This document shows, in pieces, positions 1-15,000 of a stretch of 64,000 nucleotides of DNA. Within the stretch, counting starts at the first letter, position 1; every line of letters begins with the position of its first letter. Both the position numbers and the translations under genes were made by a program. Source of the stretch: Nemertoderma westbladi (lineage: Eukaryota; Animalia; Xenacoelomorpha). The DNA is taken from positions 62,001 to 126,000 of the forward strand of contig JAUCBJ010000533.1 in NCBI GenBank assembly GCA_032718475.1, in the 5' to 3' direction. The notes under the pieces are model-generated. The model ran no database searches, was not told the origin of the DNA, and saw only the letters and a program-made list of their open reading frames with translations.

Positions 1-3000
1 CAGCACCGGCCTAAAGAGAGAGAACAAAGCCAATTCTTAATCAGCATCGTCATAGAGAGAACAAAGCCAATTCTAAATCAGCATCGTCCTAGAGAGAGAA
101 CAAAGCCAATTCTAAATCAACACCGTCCTAGAGAGAGAACAAAGCCAATTCTAAATAAGCATCGGCCTAGAGAGAGAGAACAAAGCCAATTCTAAATCAG
201 CAACGGACTAGAGAGAGAACAAAGCCAATTCTAAATCAGAATCGCCCTAGAGAGAGAACAAAGCCAATTCTAAATAAGCATCGGCCTAGAGAGAGAACAA
301 AGCCAATTCTAAATCAGCATCGTCCTAGAGAGAGAACAAAGCCAATTCTAAATAAGCATCGGCCTAGAGAGAGAACAAAGCCAATTCTAAATCAGAATCG
401 TCCTAGAGAGAGAACAAAGCCAATTCTAAATCAGCAACGGACTAGAGAGAGAACAAAGCCAATTCTAAATCAGAATCGCCCTAGAGAGAGAACAAAGCCA
501 ATTCTAAATCAGCATCGTCCTAGAGAGAGAACAAAGCCAATTCTAAATAAGCATCGGCCTAGAGAGAGAACAAAGCCAATTCTAAATCAGCATCGTCCTA
601 GAGAGAGAACAAAGCCAATTCTAAATAAGCATCGTCCTAGAGAGAGAACAAAGCCAATTCTAAATAAGCATCGGCCTAGAGAGAGAACAAAGCCAATTCT
701 AAATCAGCATCGTCCTAGAGAGAGAACAAAGCCAATTCTAAATAAGCATCGGCCTAGAGAGAGAACAAAGCCAATTCTAAATCAGAATCGTCCTAGAGAG
801 AGAACAAAGCCAATTCTAAATCAGCACCGTCCTAGTGAGAGAACAAAGCCAATTCTAAATAAGCATCGGCCTAGAGAGAGAACAAAGCCAATTCTAAATA
901 AGCATCGGCCTAGAGAGAGAACAAAGCCAATTCTAAATCAGCATCGTCCTAGAGAGAGAACAAAGCCAATTCTAAATCAGCATCGGTCTAGAGAGAGAAC
1001 AAAGCCAATTCTAAATCAGCACCGGCCCAAAGAGAGAGAACAAAGCCAATTCCAAATCAGCATCGTCCTAGAGAGAGAACAAAGCCAATTCTAAATCAGC
1101 ATCGTCCTAGAGAGAGAACAAAGCCAATTCTAAATCAGCATCGTCCTAGAGAGAGAACAAAGCCAATTCTAAATAAGCATCGGCCTAGAGAGAACAAAGC
1201 CAATTCTAAATCAGCACCGGCCTAGAGAGAGAGAACAAAGCCAATTCCAAATCAGCATCGTCCTAGAGAGAGAACAAAGCCAATTCTAAATCAGCATCGT
1301 CCTAGAGAGAACAAAGCCAATTCTAAATCAGAATCGTCCTAGAGAGAGAACAAAGCCAATTCTAAATCAACACCGTCCTAGAGAGAGAGAACAAAGCCAA
1401 TTCCAAATCAGCATCGGCCTAGAGAGAGAACAAAGCCAATTCTAAATCAGCATCGTCCTAGAGAGAACAAAGCCAATTCTAAATCAACATCGTCCTAGAG
1501 AGAACAAAGCCAATTCCAAATCAGCATCGGCCTAGAGAGAGAACAAAGCCAATTCTAAATAAGCATCGTCCTAGAAAGAGAACAAAGCCAATTCTAAATC
1601 AGCATCGTCCTAGAGAGAACAAAGCCAATTCTAAATCAGCACCGGCCTAAAGAGAGAGAACAAAGCCAATTCCAAATCAGCATCGTCCTAGAGAGAGAAC
1701 AAAGCCAATTCTAAATCAGCATCGTCCTAGAGAGAACAAAGCCAATTCTAAATCAGCATCGCCCTAGAGAGAGAACAAAGCCAATTCTAAATCAGCATCG
1801 TCCCAGAGAGAGAACAAAGCCAATTCTAAATCAGCATCGTCCTAGAGAGAGAACAAAGCCAATTCCAAATCAGCATCGTCCTAGAGAGAGAACAAAGCCA
1901 ATTCCAAATCAGCATCGTCCTAGAGAGAGAACAAAGCCAATTCTAAATCAGCATCGTCCTAGAGAGAGAGAACAAAGCCAATTCTAAATCAGCACCGGCC
2001 TAAAGAGAGAGAACAAAGCCAATTCCATATCAGCATCGTCCTAGAGAGAGAACAAAGCCAATTCCAAATCAGCATCGTCCTAGAGAGAGAACAAAGCCAA
2101 TTCTAAATCAGCATCGTCCTAGAGAGAGAGAACAAAGCCAATTCTAAATCAGCACCGGCCTAAAGAGAGAGAACAAAGCCAATTCCAAATCAGCATCGTC
2201 CTAGAGAGAGAACAAAGCCAATTCTAAATCAGCATCGTCCTAGAGAGAGAACAAAGCCAATTCTAAATAAGCATCGGCCTAGAGAGAACAAAGCCAATTC
2301 TAAATCAGCACCGGCTTAGAGAGAGAACGAAGACAATTCTAAATCAGCATCGTCCTAGAGAGAGAACAAAGCCAATTATAAATCAGCATCGTCCTAGAGA
2401 GAGAACGAAGACAATTCTAAATCAGCATCGTCCTAGAGAGAGAGAACAAAGCCAATTCTAAATAAGCATCGGCCTAGAGAGAACAAAGCCAATTCTAAAT
2501 CAGCACCGGCTTAGAGAGAGAACGAAGACAATTCTAAATCAGCATCGTCCTAGAGAGAGAGAACAAAGCCAATTCTAAATCAGCATCGTCCTAGAGAGAG
2601 AACAAAGCCAATTCTAAATCAGCATCGTCCTAGAGAGAGAGAACAAAGCCAATTCTAAATCAGCACCGGCCTAAAGAGAGAGAACAAAGCCAATTCCAAA
2701 TCAGCATCGTCCTAGAGAGAGAACAAAGCCAATTCTAAATCAGCATCGTCCTAGAGAGAGAACAAAGCCAATTCTAAATAAGCATCGGCCTAGAGAGAAC
2801 AAAGCCAATTCTAAATCAGCACCGGCTTAGAGAGAGAACAAAGCCAATTCTAAATCAGCATCGTCCTAGAGAGAGAACAAAGCCAATTCTAAATCAGCAT
2901 CGCCCTAGAGAGAACAAAGTCAATTCTAAATCAGCATCGTCCTAGAGAGAGAGAACAAAGCCAATTCTAAATCAGCATCGTCCTAGAGAGAGAACGAAGA

Positions 3001-6000
3001 CAATTCTAAATCAGCATCGTCCTAGAGAGAGAGAACAAAGCCAATTCCAAATCAGCACCGGCCTAGAGAGAACAAAGCCAATTCTAAATCAGCATCGTCC
3101 TAGAGAGAGAACAAAGCCAATTCTAAATAAGCATCGGCCTAGAGAGAACAAAGCCAATTCTAAATCAGCACCGGCTTAGAGAGAAAACAAAGCCAATTCT
3201 AAATCAGCATCGTCCTAGAGAGAGAACAAAGCCAATTCTAAATCAGCATCGCCCTAGAGAGAACAAAGTCAATTCTAAATCAGCATCGTCCTAGAGAGAG
3301 AGAACAAAGCCAATTCTAAATCAGCATCGTCCTAGAGAGAGAACGAAGACAATTCTAAATCAGCATCGTCCTAGAGAGAGAGAACAAAGCCAATTCTAAA
3401 TCAGCATCGTCCTAGAGAGAGAACGAAGACAATTCTAAATCAGCATCGTCCTAGAGAGAGAACAAAGCCAATTCTAAATCAGCATCGTCCTAGAGAGAGA
3501 ACAAAGCCAATTCTAAATCAGCATCGTCCTAGAGAGAGAACAAAGCCAATTCTAAATCAGCATCGTCCTAGAGAGAGAACAAAGCCAATTCTAAATCAGC
3601 ATCGTCCTAGAGAGAACAAAGCCAATTCTAAATCAGCATCGTCCTAGAGAGAACAAAGCCAATTCTAAATCAGCATCGTCCTAGAGAGAACAAAGCCAAT
3701 TCTAAATCAGCATCGTCCCAGAGAGAGAACAAAGCCAATTCTAAATCAGCACCGGCTTAGAGAGAGAACGAAGACAATTCTAAATCAGCATCGTCCTAGA
3801 GAGAGAGAACAAAGCCAATTCTAAATCAGCATCGTCCCAGAGAGAGAACGAAGACAATTCTAAATCAGCATCGTCCTAGAGAGAGAACGAAGACAATTCT
3901 AAATCAGCACCGGCCTAAAGAGAGAGAACAACGCCAATTCCAAATCAGCATCGTCCTAGAGAGAGAACAAAGCCAATTCTAAATCAACACCGTCCTAGAG
4001 AGAGAACAAAGCCAATTCTAAATCAGCATCGTCCTAGAGAGAGAGAACAAAGCCAATTCTAAATCAGCACCGGCCTAAAGAGAGAGAACAAAGCCAATTC
4101 CAAATCAGCATCGTCCTAGAGAGAGAACAAAGCCAATTCTAAATCAGCATCGTCCTAGAGAGAACAAAGCCAATTCTAAATCAGCATCGTCCTAGAGAGA
4201 GAGAACAAAGCCAATTCTAAATCAGCATCGTCCTAGAGAGAGAGAACAAAGCCAATTCTAAATCAGCATCGTCCCAGAGAGAGAACGAAGACAATTCTAA
4301 ATCAGCATCGTCCTAGAGAGAGAACGAAGACAATTCTAAATCAGCACCGGCCTAAAGAGAGAGAACAACGCCAATTCCAAATCAGCATCGTCCTAGAGAG
4401 AACAAAGCCAATTCTAAATCAGCATCGTCCTAGAGAGAGAACAAAGCCAATTCTAAATCAGCATCGTCCTAGAGAGAACAAAGTCAATTCTAAATCAGAA
4501 TCGTCCTAGAGAGAGAACAAAGCCAATTCTAAATCAGCATCGTCCTAGAGAGAACAAAGCCAATTCTAAATAAGCATCGGCCTAGAGAGAGAACAACGCC
4601 AATTCCAAATCAGCATCGTCCTAGAGAGAGAACAAAGCCAATTCTAAATCAGCATCGTCCTAGAGAGAACAAAGCCAATTCTAAATCAGCATCGTCCTAG
4701 AGAGAGAGAACAAAGCCAATTCTAAATCAGCACCGGCCTAAAGAGAGAGAACAACGCCAATTCCAAATCAGCATCGTCCTAGAGAGAGAACAAAGCCAAT
4801 TCTAAATCAGCATCGGCCTAGAGAGAGAGAACAAAGCCAATTCTAAATCAGCATCGTCCTAGAGAGAACAAAACCAATTCTAAATCAGCATCGGCCTAGA
4901 GAGAGAACAAAGCCAATTCTAAATCAGCACCGGCCTAAAGAGAGAGAACAACGCCAATTCCAAATCAGCATCGTCCTAGAGAGAGAACAAAGCCAATTCT
5001 AAATCAGCATCGGCCTAGAGAGAGAGAACAAAGCCAATTCTAAATAAGCATCGTCCTAGAGAGAACAAAGCCAATTCTAAATCAGCATCGGCCTAGAGAG
5101 AGATCAAAGCCAATTCTAAATCAACATCGTCCTAGAGAGAACAAAGCCAATTCTAAATCAGAATCGTCCTAGAGAGAGAACAAAGCCAATTCTAAATCAG
5201 AATCGTCCTAGAGAGAACAAAGCCAATCCTAAATCAGCATCGTCCTAGAGAGAGAACAAAGCCAATTCCAAATCAGCATCGTCCTAGAGAGAGAACAAAG
5301 CCAATTCTAAATCAGCATCGGCTTAGAGAGAGAGAACAACGCCAATTCTAAATCAGCCTCGTCCTAGAGAGAAAAAAGCCAATTCTAAATCAGAATCGTC
5401 CTAGAGAGAGAACAAAGCCAATTCTAAATCAGCATCGTCCTAGAGAGAGAGAACAAAGCCAATCCTAAATCAGCAACGGTCTAGAGAGAGAGAGAACAAA
5501 GCCAATTCTAAATCAGCAACGGTCTAGAGAGAGAGAGAACAAAGCCAATTCTAAATCAGCATCGGTGTAGAGAGAGAACAAAGCCAATTCTAAATAAGCA
5601 TCGTCCTAGAGAGAGAACAAAGCCAATTCTAAATAAGCATCGGCCTAGAGAGAACAAAGCCAATTCTAAATCAGCACCGGCTTAGAGAGAGAGAACAAAG
5701 CCAATTCTAAATCAGCATCGGCCTAGAGAGAACAAAGCCAATTCTAAATCAGCACCGGCTTAGAGAGAGAGAACAAAGCCAATTCTAAATCAGCATCGTC
5801 CTAGAGAGAGAACAAAGCCAATTCCAAATCAGCATCGGCCTAGAGAGAGAACAAAGCCAATTCTAAATCAGCATCGTCCTAGAGAGAGAACAAAGCCAAT
5901 TCCAAATCAGCATCGTCCTAGAGAGAGAACAAAGCCAATTCTAAATAAGCACCGGCTTAGAGAGAGAGAACAAAGCCAATTCTAAATCAGCATCGTCCCA

Positions 6001-9000
6001 GAGAGAGAACAAAGCCAATTCTAAATAAGCATCGGCCTAGAGAGAACAAAGCCAATTCTAAATCAGCACCGGCTTAGAGAGAGAGAACAAAGCCAATTCT
6101 AAATCAGCATCGTCCTAGAGAGAACAAAGCCAATTCTAAATCAGCATCGTCCTAGAGAGAACAAAGCCAATTCTAAATCAGCATCGTCCTAGAGAGAGAA
6201 CAAAGCCAATTCTAAATAAGCATCGGCCTAGAGAGAGAGAACAAAGCCAATTCTAAATCAGCACCGGCTTAGAGAGAGAGAACAAAGCCAATTCTAAATC
6301 AGCATCGTCCTAGAGAGAGAACAAAGCCAATTCTAAATCAGCATCGCCCTAGAGAGAACAAAGCCAATTCTAAATCAGCATCGTCCTAGAGAGAGAACAA
6401 AGCCAATTCTAAATCAGCATCGTCCTAGAGAGAGAACAAAGCCAATTCTAAATAAGCATCGGCCTAGAGAGAACAAAGCCAATTCTAAATCAGCATCGCC
6501 TAGAGAGAGAACAAAGCCAATTTTAAATCAGCATCGTCCTAGAGAGAGAACAAAGCCAATTCTAAATCAGCATCGTCCTAGAGAGAGAGAACAAAGCCAA
6601 TTCTAAATCAGCACCGGCTTAGAGAGAGAACAAAGACAATTCTAAATCAGAATCGTCCTAGAGAGAGAACAAAGCCAATTCTAAATCAGCATCGTCCTAG
6701 AGAGAGAACAAAGCCAATTCCAAATCAGCATCGGCCTAGAGAGAGAACAAAGCCAATTCTAAATCAGCATCGTCCTAGAGAGAGAACAAAGCCAATTCCA
6801 AATCAGCATCGTCCTAGAGAGAGAACAAAGCCAATTCTAAATAAGCACCGGCTTAGAGAGAGAGAACAAAGCCAATTCTAAATCAGCATCGTCCCAGAGA
6901 GAGAACAAAGCCAATTCTAAATAAGCATCGGCCTAGAGAGAACAAAGCCAATTCTAAATCAGCACCGGCTTAGAGAGAGAGAACAAAGCCAATTCTAAAT
7001 CAGCATCGTCCTAGAGAGAACAAAGCCAATTCAAAATCAACACCGTCCTAGAGAGAGAACAAAGCCAATTCTAAATCAGCACCGGCTTAGAGAGAGAGAA
7101 CAAAGCCAATTCTAAATCAGCAACGGTCTAGAGAGAGAGAGAACAAAGCCAATTCTAAATAAGCATCGGCCTAGAGAGAGAACAAAGCCAATTCTAAATA
7201 AGCATCGGCCTAGAGAGAGAACAAAGCCAATTCTAAATCAGCACCGGCTTAGAGAGAGAGAACAAAGCCAATTCTAAATCAGCATCGTCCCAGAGAGAGA
7301 ACAAAGCCAATTCTAAATAAGCATCGGCCTAGAGAGAGAACAAAGCCAATTCTAAATCAGCATCGTCCTAGAGAGAGAGAACAAAGCCAATTCAAATCAG
7401 CATCGTCCTAGAGAGAGAACAAAGCCAATTCTAAATCAGCATCGTCCTAGAGAGAGAACAAAGCCAATTCTAAATAAGCATCGGCCTAGAGAGAACAAAG
7501 CCAATTCTAAATCAGCATCGTCCTAGAGAGAGAACAAAGCCAATTCTAAATCAGCATCGTCCTAGAGAGAGAGAGAACAAAGCCAATTCCAAATCAGCAT
7601 CGTCCTAGAGAGAGAACAAAGCCAATTCTAAATAAGCATCGTCCTAGAGAGAGAACAAAGCCAATTCTAAATAAGCATCGGCCTAGAGAGAACAAAGCCA
7701 ATTCTAAATCAGCACCGGCTTAGAGAGAGAGAACAAAGCCAATTCTAAATCAGCATCGTCCTAGAGAGAGAACAAAGCCAATTCCAAATCAGCATCGTCC
7801 TAGAGAGAGAACAAAGCCAATTCTAAATCAGCATCGTCCTAGAGAGAGAACAAAGCCAATTCTAAATCAGCATCGTCCTAGAGAGAGAGAACAAAGCCAA
7901 TTCAAATCAGCATCGTCCTAGAGAGAGAACAAAGCCAATTCTAAATCAGCAACGTCCTAGAGAGAGAACAAAGCCAATTCTAAATAAGCAACGGCTTAGA
8001 GAGAGAACAAAGCCAATTCCAAATCAGCATCGTCCTAGAGAGAGAACAAAGCCAATTCTAAATCAGCATCGTCCTAGAGAGAGAGAGAGAACAAAGCCAA
8101 TTCCAAATCAGCATCGTCCTAGAGAGAGAACAAAGCCAATTCTAAATCAGCATCGTCCTAGAGAGAGAACAAAGCCAATTCCAAATCAGCATCGTCCTAG
8201 AGAGAGAACAAAGCCAATTCTAAATCAGCATCGTCCTAGAGAGAGAGAGAACAAAGCCAATTCCAAATCAGCATCGTCCTAGAGAGAGAACAAAGCCAAT
8301 TCTAAATCAGCATCGTCCTAGAGAGAGAACAAAGCCAATTCCAAATCAGCATCGTCCTAGAGAGAGAACAAAGCCAATTCTAAATCAGCATCGTCCTAGA
8401 GAGAGAGAGAACAAAGCCAATTCCAAATCAGCATCGTCCTAGAGAGAGAACAAAGCCAATTCTAAATCAGCATCGTCCTAGAGAGAGAACAAAGCCAATT
8501 CCAAATCAGCATCGTCCTAGAGAGAGAACAAAGCCAATTCTAAATCAGCATCGTCCTAGAGAGAGAACAAAGCCAATTCTAAATCAGCATCGTCCTAGAG
8601 AGAGAGAACAAAGCCAATTCAAATCAGCATCGTCCTAGAGAGAGAACAAAGCCAATTCTAAATAAGCATCGGCCTAGAGAGAACAAAGCCAATTCTAAAT
8701 CAGCATCGTCCTAGAGAGAGAACAAAGCCAATTCTAAATCAGCATCGTCCTAGAGAGAGAGAGAACAAAGCCAATTCCAAATCAGCATCGTCCTAGAGAG
8801 AGAACAAAGCCAATTCTAAATCAGCATCGTCCTAGAGAGAGAACAAAGCCAATTCTAAATAAGCATCGGCCTAGAGAGAGAACAAAGCCAATTCCAAATC
8901 AGCATCGTCCTAGAGAGAGAACAAAGCCAATTCTAAATCAGCATCGTCCTAGAGAGAGAACAAAGCCAATTCTAAATCAGCATCGTCCTAGAGAGAGAAC

Positions 9001-12000
9001 AAAGCCAATTCTAAATCAGCATCGTCCTAGAGAGAGAGAACAAAGCCAATTCTAAATCAGCATCGTCCTAGAGAGAACAAAGCCAATTCTAAATCAGCAT
9101 CGTCCTAGAGAGAGAACAAAGCCAATTCTAAATCAGCATCGTCCTAGAGAGAGAGAGAACAAAGCCAATTCCAAATCAGCATCGTCCTAGAGAGAGAACA
9201 AAGCCAATTCTAAATCAGCATCGTCCTAGAGAGAGAACAAAGCCAATTCTAAATAAGCATCGGCCTAGAGAGAACAAAGCCAATTCTAAATCAGCATCGC
9301 CCTAGAGAGAACAAAGCCAATTCTAAATTAGCATCGCCCTAGAGAGAGACCAAAGCCAATTCTAAATCAGCATCGTCCTAGAGAGAGAACAAAGCCAATT
9401 CTAAATCAGAATCGTCCTAGAGAGAGAACAAAGCCAATTCTAAATCAGCATCGTCCTAGAGAGAGAGAACAAAGCCAATTCTAAATCAGCATCGTCCTAG
9501 AGAGAACAAAGCCAATTCTAAATCAGCATCGTCCTAGAGAGAGAACAAAGCCAATTCTAAATCAGCATCGTCCTAGAGAGAGAGAACAAAGCCAATTCTA
9601 AATCAGCATCGTCCTAGAGAGAACAAAGCCAATTCTAAATCAGCATCGTCCTAGAGAGAGAACAAAGCCAATTCTAAATCAGCATCGTCCTAGAGAGAGA
9701 GAACAAAGCCAATTCTAAATCAGCATCGTCCTAGAGAGAGAGAACAAAGCCAATTCTAAATCAGCATCGTCCTAGAGAGAACAAAGCCAATTCTAAATCA
9801 GCATCGTCCTAGAGAGAGAACAAAGCCAATTCTAAATCAGCATCGCCCTAGAGAGAGAACAAAGCCAATTCTAAATCAGCATCGTCCTAGAGAGAGAACA
9901 AAGCCAATTCTAAATCAGCATCGTCCTAGAGAGAGAACAAAGCCAATTCTAAATCAACACCGTCCTAGAGAGAGAACAAAGCCAATTCTAAATCAGCATC
10001 GTCCTAGAGAGAGAACAAAGCCAATTCTAAATCAGCATCGTCCTAGAGAGAGAACAAAGCCAATTCTAAATCAGCATCGTCCTAGAGAGAGAACAAAGCC
10101 AATTCTAAATCAACACCGTCCTAGAGAGAGAACAAAGCCAATTCTAAATCAGCATCGTCCTAGAGAGAGAACAAAGCCAATTCTAAATCAGAATCGTCCT
10201 AGAGAGAACAAAGCCAATTCTAAATCAGCATCGTCCTAGAGAGAGAACAAAGCCAATTCTAAATCAGCATCGTCCTAGAGAGAGAACAAAGCCAATTCTA
10301 AATCAGCATCGTCCTAGAGAGAGAACAAAGCCAATTCTAAATCAACACCGTCCTAGAGAGAGAACAAAGCCAATTCTAAATCAGCATCGTCCTAGAGAGA
10401 GAACAAAGCCAATTCTAAATCAACACCGTCCTAGAGAGAGAACAAAGCCAATTCTAAATCAGCATCGCCCTAGAGAGAGAACAAAGCCAATTCTAAATCA
10501 GCATCGTCCTAGAGAGAGAACAAAGCCAATTCTAAATCAACATCGTCCTAGAGAGAACAAAGCCAATTCTAAATCAGAATCGTCCTAGAGAGAACAAAGC
10601 CAATTCTAAATCAGCATCGTCCTAGAGAGAGAACAAAGCCAATTCTAAATCAGCATCGTCCTAGAGAGAGAACAAAGCCAATTCTAAATCAGCATCGTCC
10701 TAGAGAGAGAACAAAGCCAATTCTAAATCAGCATCGCCCTAGAGAGAACAAAGCCAATTCTAAATCAACACCGTCCTAGAGAGAGAACAAAGCCAATTCT
10801 AAATCAGCATCGTCCTAGAGAGAGAACAAAGCCAATTCTAAATCAGCATCGTCCTAGAGAGAGAACAAAGCCAATTCTAAATCAGAATCGTCCTAGAGAG
10901 AACAAAGCCAATTCTAAATCAGAATCGTCCTAGAGAGAACAAAGCCAATTCTAAATCAGCATCGTCCTAGAGAGAGAACAAAGCCAATTCTAAATCAGCA
11001 TCGTCCTAGAGAGAGAACAAAGCCAATTCTAAATCAGCATCGTCCTAGAGAGAGAACAAAGCCAATTCTAAATCAGCATCGTCCTAGAGAGAGAACAAAG
11101 CCAATTCTAAATCAACACCGTCCTAGAGAGAGAACAAAGCCAATTCTAAATCAGCATCGTCCTAGAGAGAGAACAAAGCCAATTCTAAATCAACACCGTC
11201 CTAGAGAGAGAACAAAGCCAATTCTAAATCAGCATCGCCCTAGAGAGAACAAAGCCAATTCTAAATCAGCATCGTCCTAGAGAGAGAGAACAAAGCCAAT
11301 TCTAAATCAGCATCGTCCTAGAGAGAGAGAACAAAGCCAATTCTAAATCAGCATCGTCCTAGAGAGAACAAAGCCAATTCTAAATCAGCATCGTCCTAGA
11401 GAGAGAGAACAAAGCCAATTCTAAATCAGCATCGTCCTAGAGAGAGAGAACAAAGCCAATTCTAAATAAGCACCGGCTTAGAGAGAGAACAAAGCCAATT
11501 CTAAATCAGCATCGTCCTAGAGAGAGAGAACAAAGCCAATTCTAAATCAGCATCGTCCTAGAGAGAGAGAACAAAGCCAATTCTAAATAAGCACCGTCCC
11601 AGAGAGAGAACAAAGCCAATTCTAAATCAGCATCGTCCTAGAGAGAACAAAGTCAATTCTAAATCAGCATCGTCCTAGAGAGAGAACAAAGCCAATTCTA
11701 AATCAGCATCGTCCTAGAGAGAGAACAAAGCCAATTCTAAATCAGCATCGCCCTAGAGAGAACAAAGCCAATTCTAAATCAGCATCGTCCTAGAGAGAAC
11801 AAAGCCAATTCTAAATCAGCATCGTCCTAGAGAGAGAGAACAAAGCCAATTCTAAATCAGCATCGTCCTAGAGAGAGAGAACAAAGCCAATTCTAAATCA
11901 GCATCGTCCTAGAGAGAGAACAAAGCCAATTCTAAATCAGCACCGGCTTAGAGAGAGAGAACAAAGCCAATTCTAAATCAGCATCGTCCTAGAGAGAACA

Positions 12001-15000
12001 AAGCCAATTCTAAATCAGCACCGGCTTAGAGAGAGAGAACAAAGCCAATTCTAAATCAGCACCGTCCTAGAGAGAGAACAAAGCCAATTCTAAATCAGTA
12101 TCGTCCTAGAGAGAGAACAAAGCCAATTCTAAATCAGCATCGTCCTAGAGAGAACAAAGCCAATTCTAAATCAGCATCGTCCTAGAGAGAGAACAAAGCC
12201 AATTCTAAATCAGCATCGTCCTAGAGAGAACAAAGTCAATTCTAAATCAGCATCGTCCTAGAGAGAGAACAAAGCCAATTCTAAATCAGCATCGTCCTAG
12301 AGAGAGAACAAAGCCAATTCTAAATCAGCATCGCCCTAGAGAGAACAAAGCCAATTCTAAATCAGCACCGGCTTAGAGAGAGAACAAAGCCAATTCTAAA
12401 TCAGCATCGTCCTAGAGAGAGAACAAAGCCAATTCTAAATCAACATCGTCCTAGAGAGAGAGAACAAAGCCAATTCTAAATCAGCATCGTCCTAGAGAGA
12501 ACAAAGCCAATTCTAAATCAGCACCGGCTTAGAGAGAGAACAAAGCCAATTCTAAATAAGCATCGGCCTAGAGAGAACAAAGCCAATTCTAAATCAGCAT
12601 CGCCCTAGAGAGAACAAAGCCAATTCTAAATTAGCATCGCCCTAGAGAGAGAACAAAGCCAATTCTAAATCAGCACCGTCCTAGAGAGAGAACAAAGCCA
12701 ATTCTAAATCAGTATCGTCCTAGAGAGAGAACAAAGCCAATTCTAAATCAGCATCGCCCTAAAGAGAACAAAGCCAATTCTAAATCAGCATCGTCCTAGA
12801 GAGAGAACAAAGCCAATTCTAAATCAGCACCGTCCTAGAGAGAGAACAAAGCCAATTCTAAATCAGTATCGTCCTAGAGAGAGAACAAAGCCAATTCTAA
12901 ATCAGCATCGTCCTAGAGAGAACAAAGCCAATTCTAAATCAGCATCGTCCTAGAGAGAGAACAAAGCCAATTCTAAATCAGCATCGTCCTAGAGAGAACA
13001 AAGTCAATTCTAAATCAGCATCGTCCTAGAGAGAGAACAAAGCCAATTCTAAATCAGCATCGTCCTAGAGAGAGAACAAAGCCAATTCTAAATCAGCATC
13101 GCCCTAGAGAGAACAAAGCCAATTCTAAATCAGCATCGTCCTAGAGAGAACAAAGCCAATTCTAAATCAGCATCGTCCTAGAGAGAGAGAACAAAGCCAA
13201 TTCTAAATCAGCATCGTCCTAGAGAGAGAGAACAAAGCCAATTCTAAATCAGCATCGTCCTAGAGAGAGAACAAAGCCAATTCTAAATCAGCATCGTCCT
13301 AGAAACAAAGCCAATTCTAAATCAGCATCGTTCTAGAGAGAGAGAACAAAGCCAATTCTAAATCAGCATCGGCCTAGAGAGAACAAAGCCAATTCTAAAT
13401 CAGCATCGTCCTAGAGAGAGAACAAAGCCAATTCTAAATCAGCATCGCCCTAGAGAGAGAACAAAGCCAATTCTAAATCAGCATCGTCCTAGAGAGAGAA
13501 CAAAGCCAATTCTAAATCAGCATCGTCCTAGAGAGAGAGAACAAAGCCAATTCTAAATCAGCATCGGCCTAGAGAGAGAGAACAAAGCCAATTCTAAATC
13601 AGCATCGTCCTAGAGAGAGAACAAAGCCAATTCTAAATCAGCATCGTCCTAGAGAGAGAACAAAGCCAATTCTAAATCAGCATCGTCCTAGAGAGAGAGA
13701 ACAAAGCCAATTCTAAATCAGCATCGGCCTAGAGAGAACAAAGCCAATTCTAAATCAGCATCGTCCTAGAGAGAGAACAAAGCCAATTCTAAATCAGCAT
13801 CGCCCTAGAGAGAGAGAACAAAGCCAATTCTAAATCAGCATCGTCCTAGAGAGAGACCAAAGCCAATTCTAAATCAGCATCGTCCTAGAGAGAGAGAACA
13901 AAGCCAATTCTAAATCAGCATCGTCCTAGAGAGAGAGAACAAAGCCAATCCTAAATCAGCATCGTCCTAGAGAGAGAACAAAGCCAATTCTAAATCAGCA
14001 TCGTCCTAGAGAGAGAACAAAGCCAATTCTAAATCAGCGTCGTCCTAGAGAGAGAACAAAGCCAATTCTAAATCAGCATCGTCCTAGAGAGAGAACAAAG
14101 CCAATTCTAAATCAGCATCGTCCTAGAGAGAACAAAGCCAATTCTAAATCAGCATCGTCCTAGAGAGAGAACAAAGCCAATTCTAAATCAGCATCGCCCT
14201 AGAGAGAGAGAACAAAGCCAATTCTAAATCAGCATCGTCCTAGAGAGAGAACAAAGCCAATTCTAAATCAGCATCGTCCTAGAGAGAGAGAACAAAGCCA
14301 ATCCTGAATCAGCATCGTCCTAGAGAGAGAACAAAGCCAATTCTAAATCAGCATCGTCCTAGAGAGAGAACAAAGCCAATTCTAAATCAGCATCGTCCTA
14401 GAGAGAGAACAAAGCCAATTCTAAATCAGCATCGCCCTAGAGAGAACAAAGCCAATTCTAAATCAGCATCGACCTAGAGAGAGAGAGAGAACAAAGCCAA
14501 TTCTAAATCAGCATCGTCCTAGAGAGAGAACAAAGCCAATTCTAAATCAGCACCGGCTTGGAGAGAGAACAAAGCCAATTCTAAATCAGCATCGTCCTAG
14601 AGAGAGAACAAAGCCAATTCTAAATCAGCATCGCCCTAGAGAGAGAACAAAGCCAATTCTAAATCAGCATCGTCCTAGAGAGATAACAAAGCCAATTCTA
14701 AATCAGCATCGTCCTATAGAGAGAACAAAGCCAATTCTAAATCAGCATCGCCCTAGAGAGAGAACAAAGCCAATTCTAAATCAGCATCGTCCTAGAGAGA
14801 GAACAAAGCCAATTCTAAATCAGCATCGTCCTAGAGAGAGAACAAAGACAATTCTAAATCAGCATCGTCCTAGAGATAGAACAAAGCCAATTCTAAATCA
14901 GCATCGCCCTAGCGAGAGAACAAAGCCAATTCTAAATCAACATCGTCCTAGAGAGAGAACAAAGACAATTCTAAATCAGCATCGTCCTAGAGATAGAACA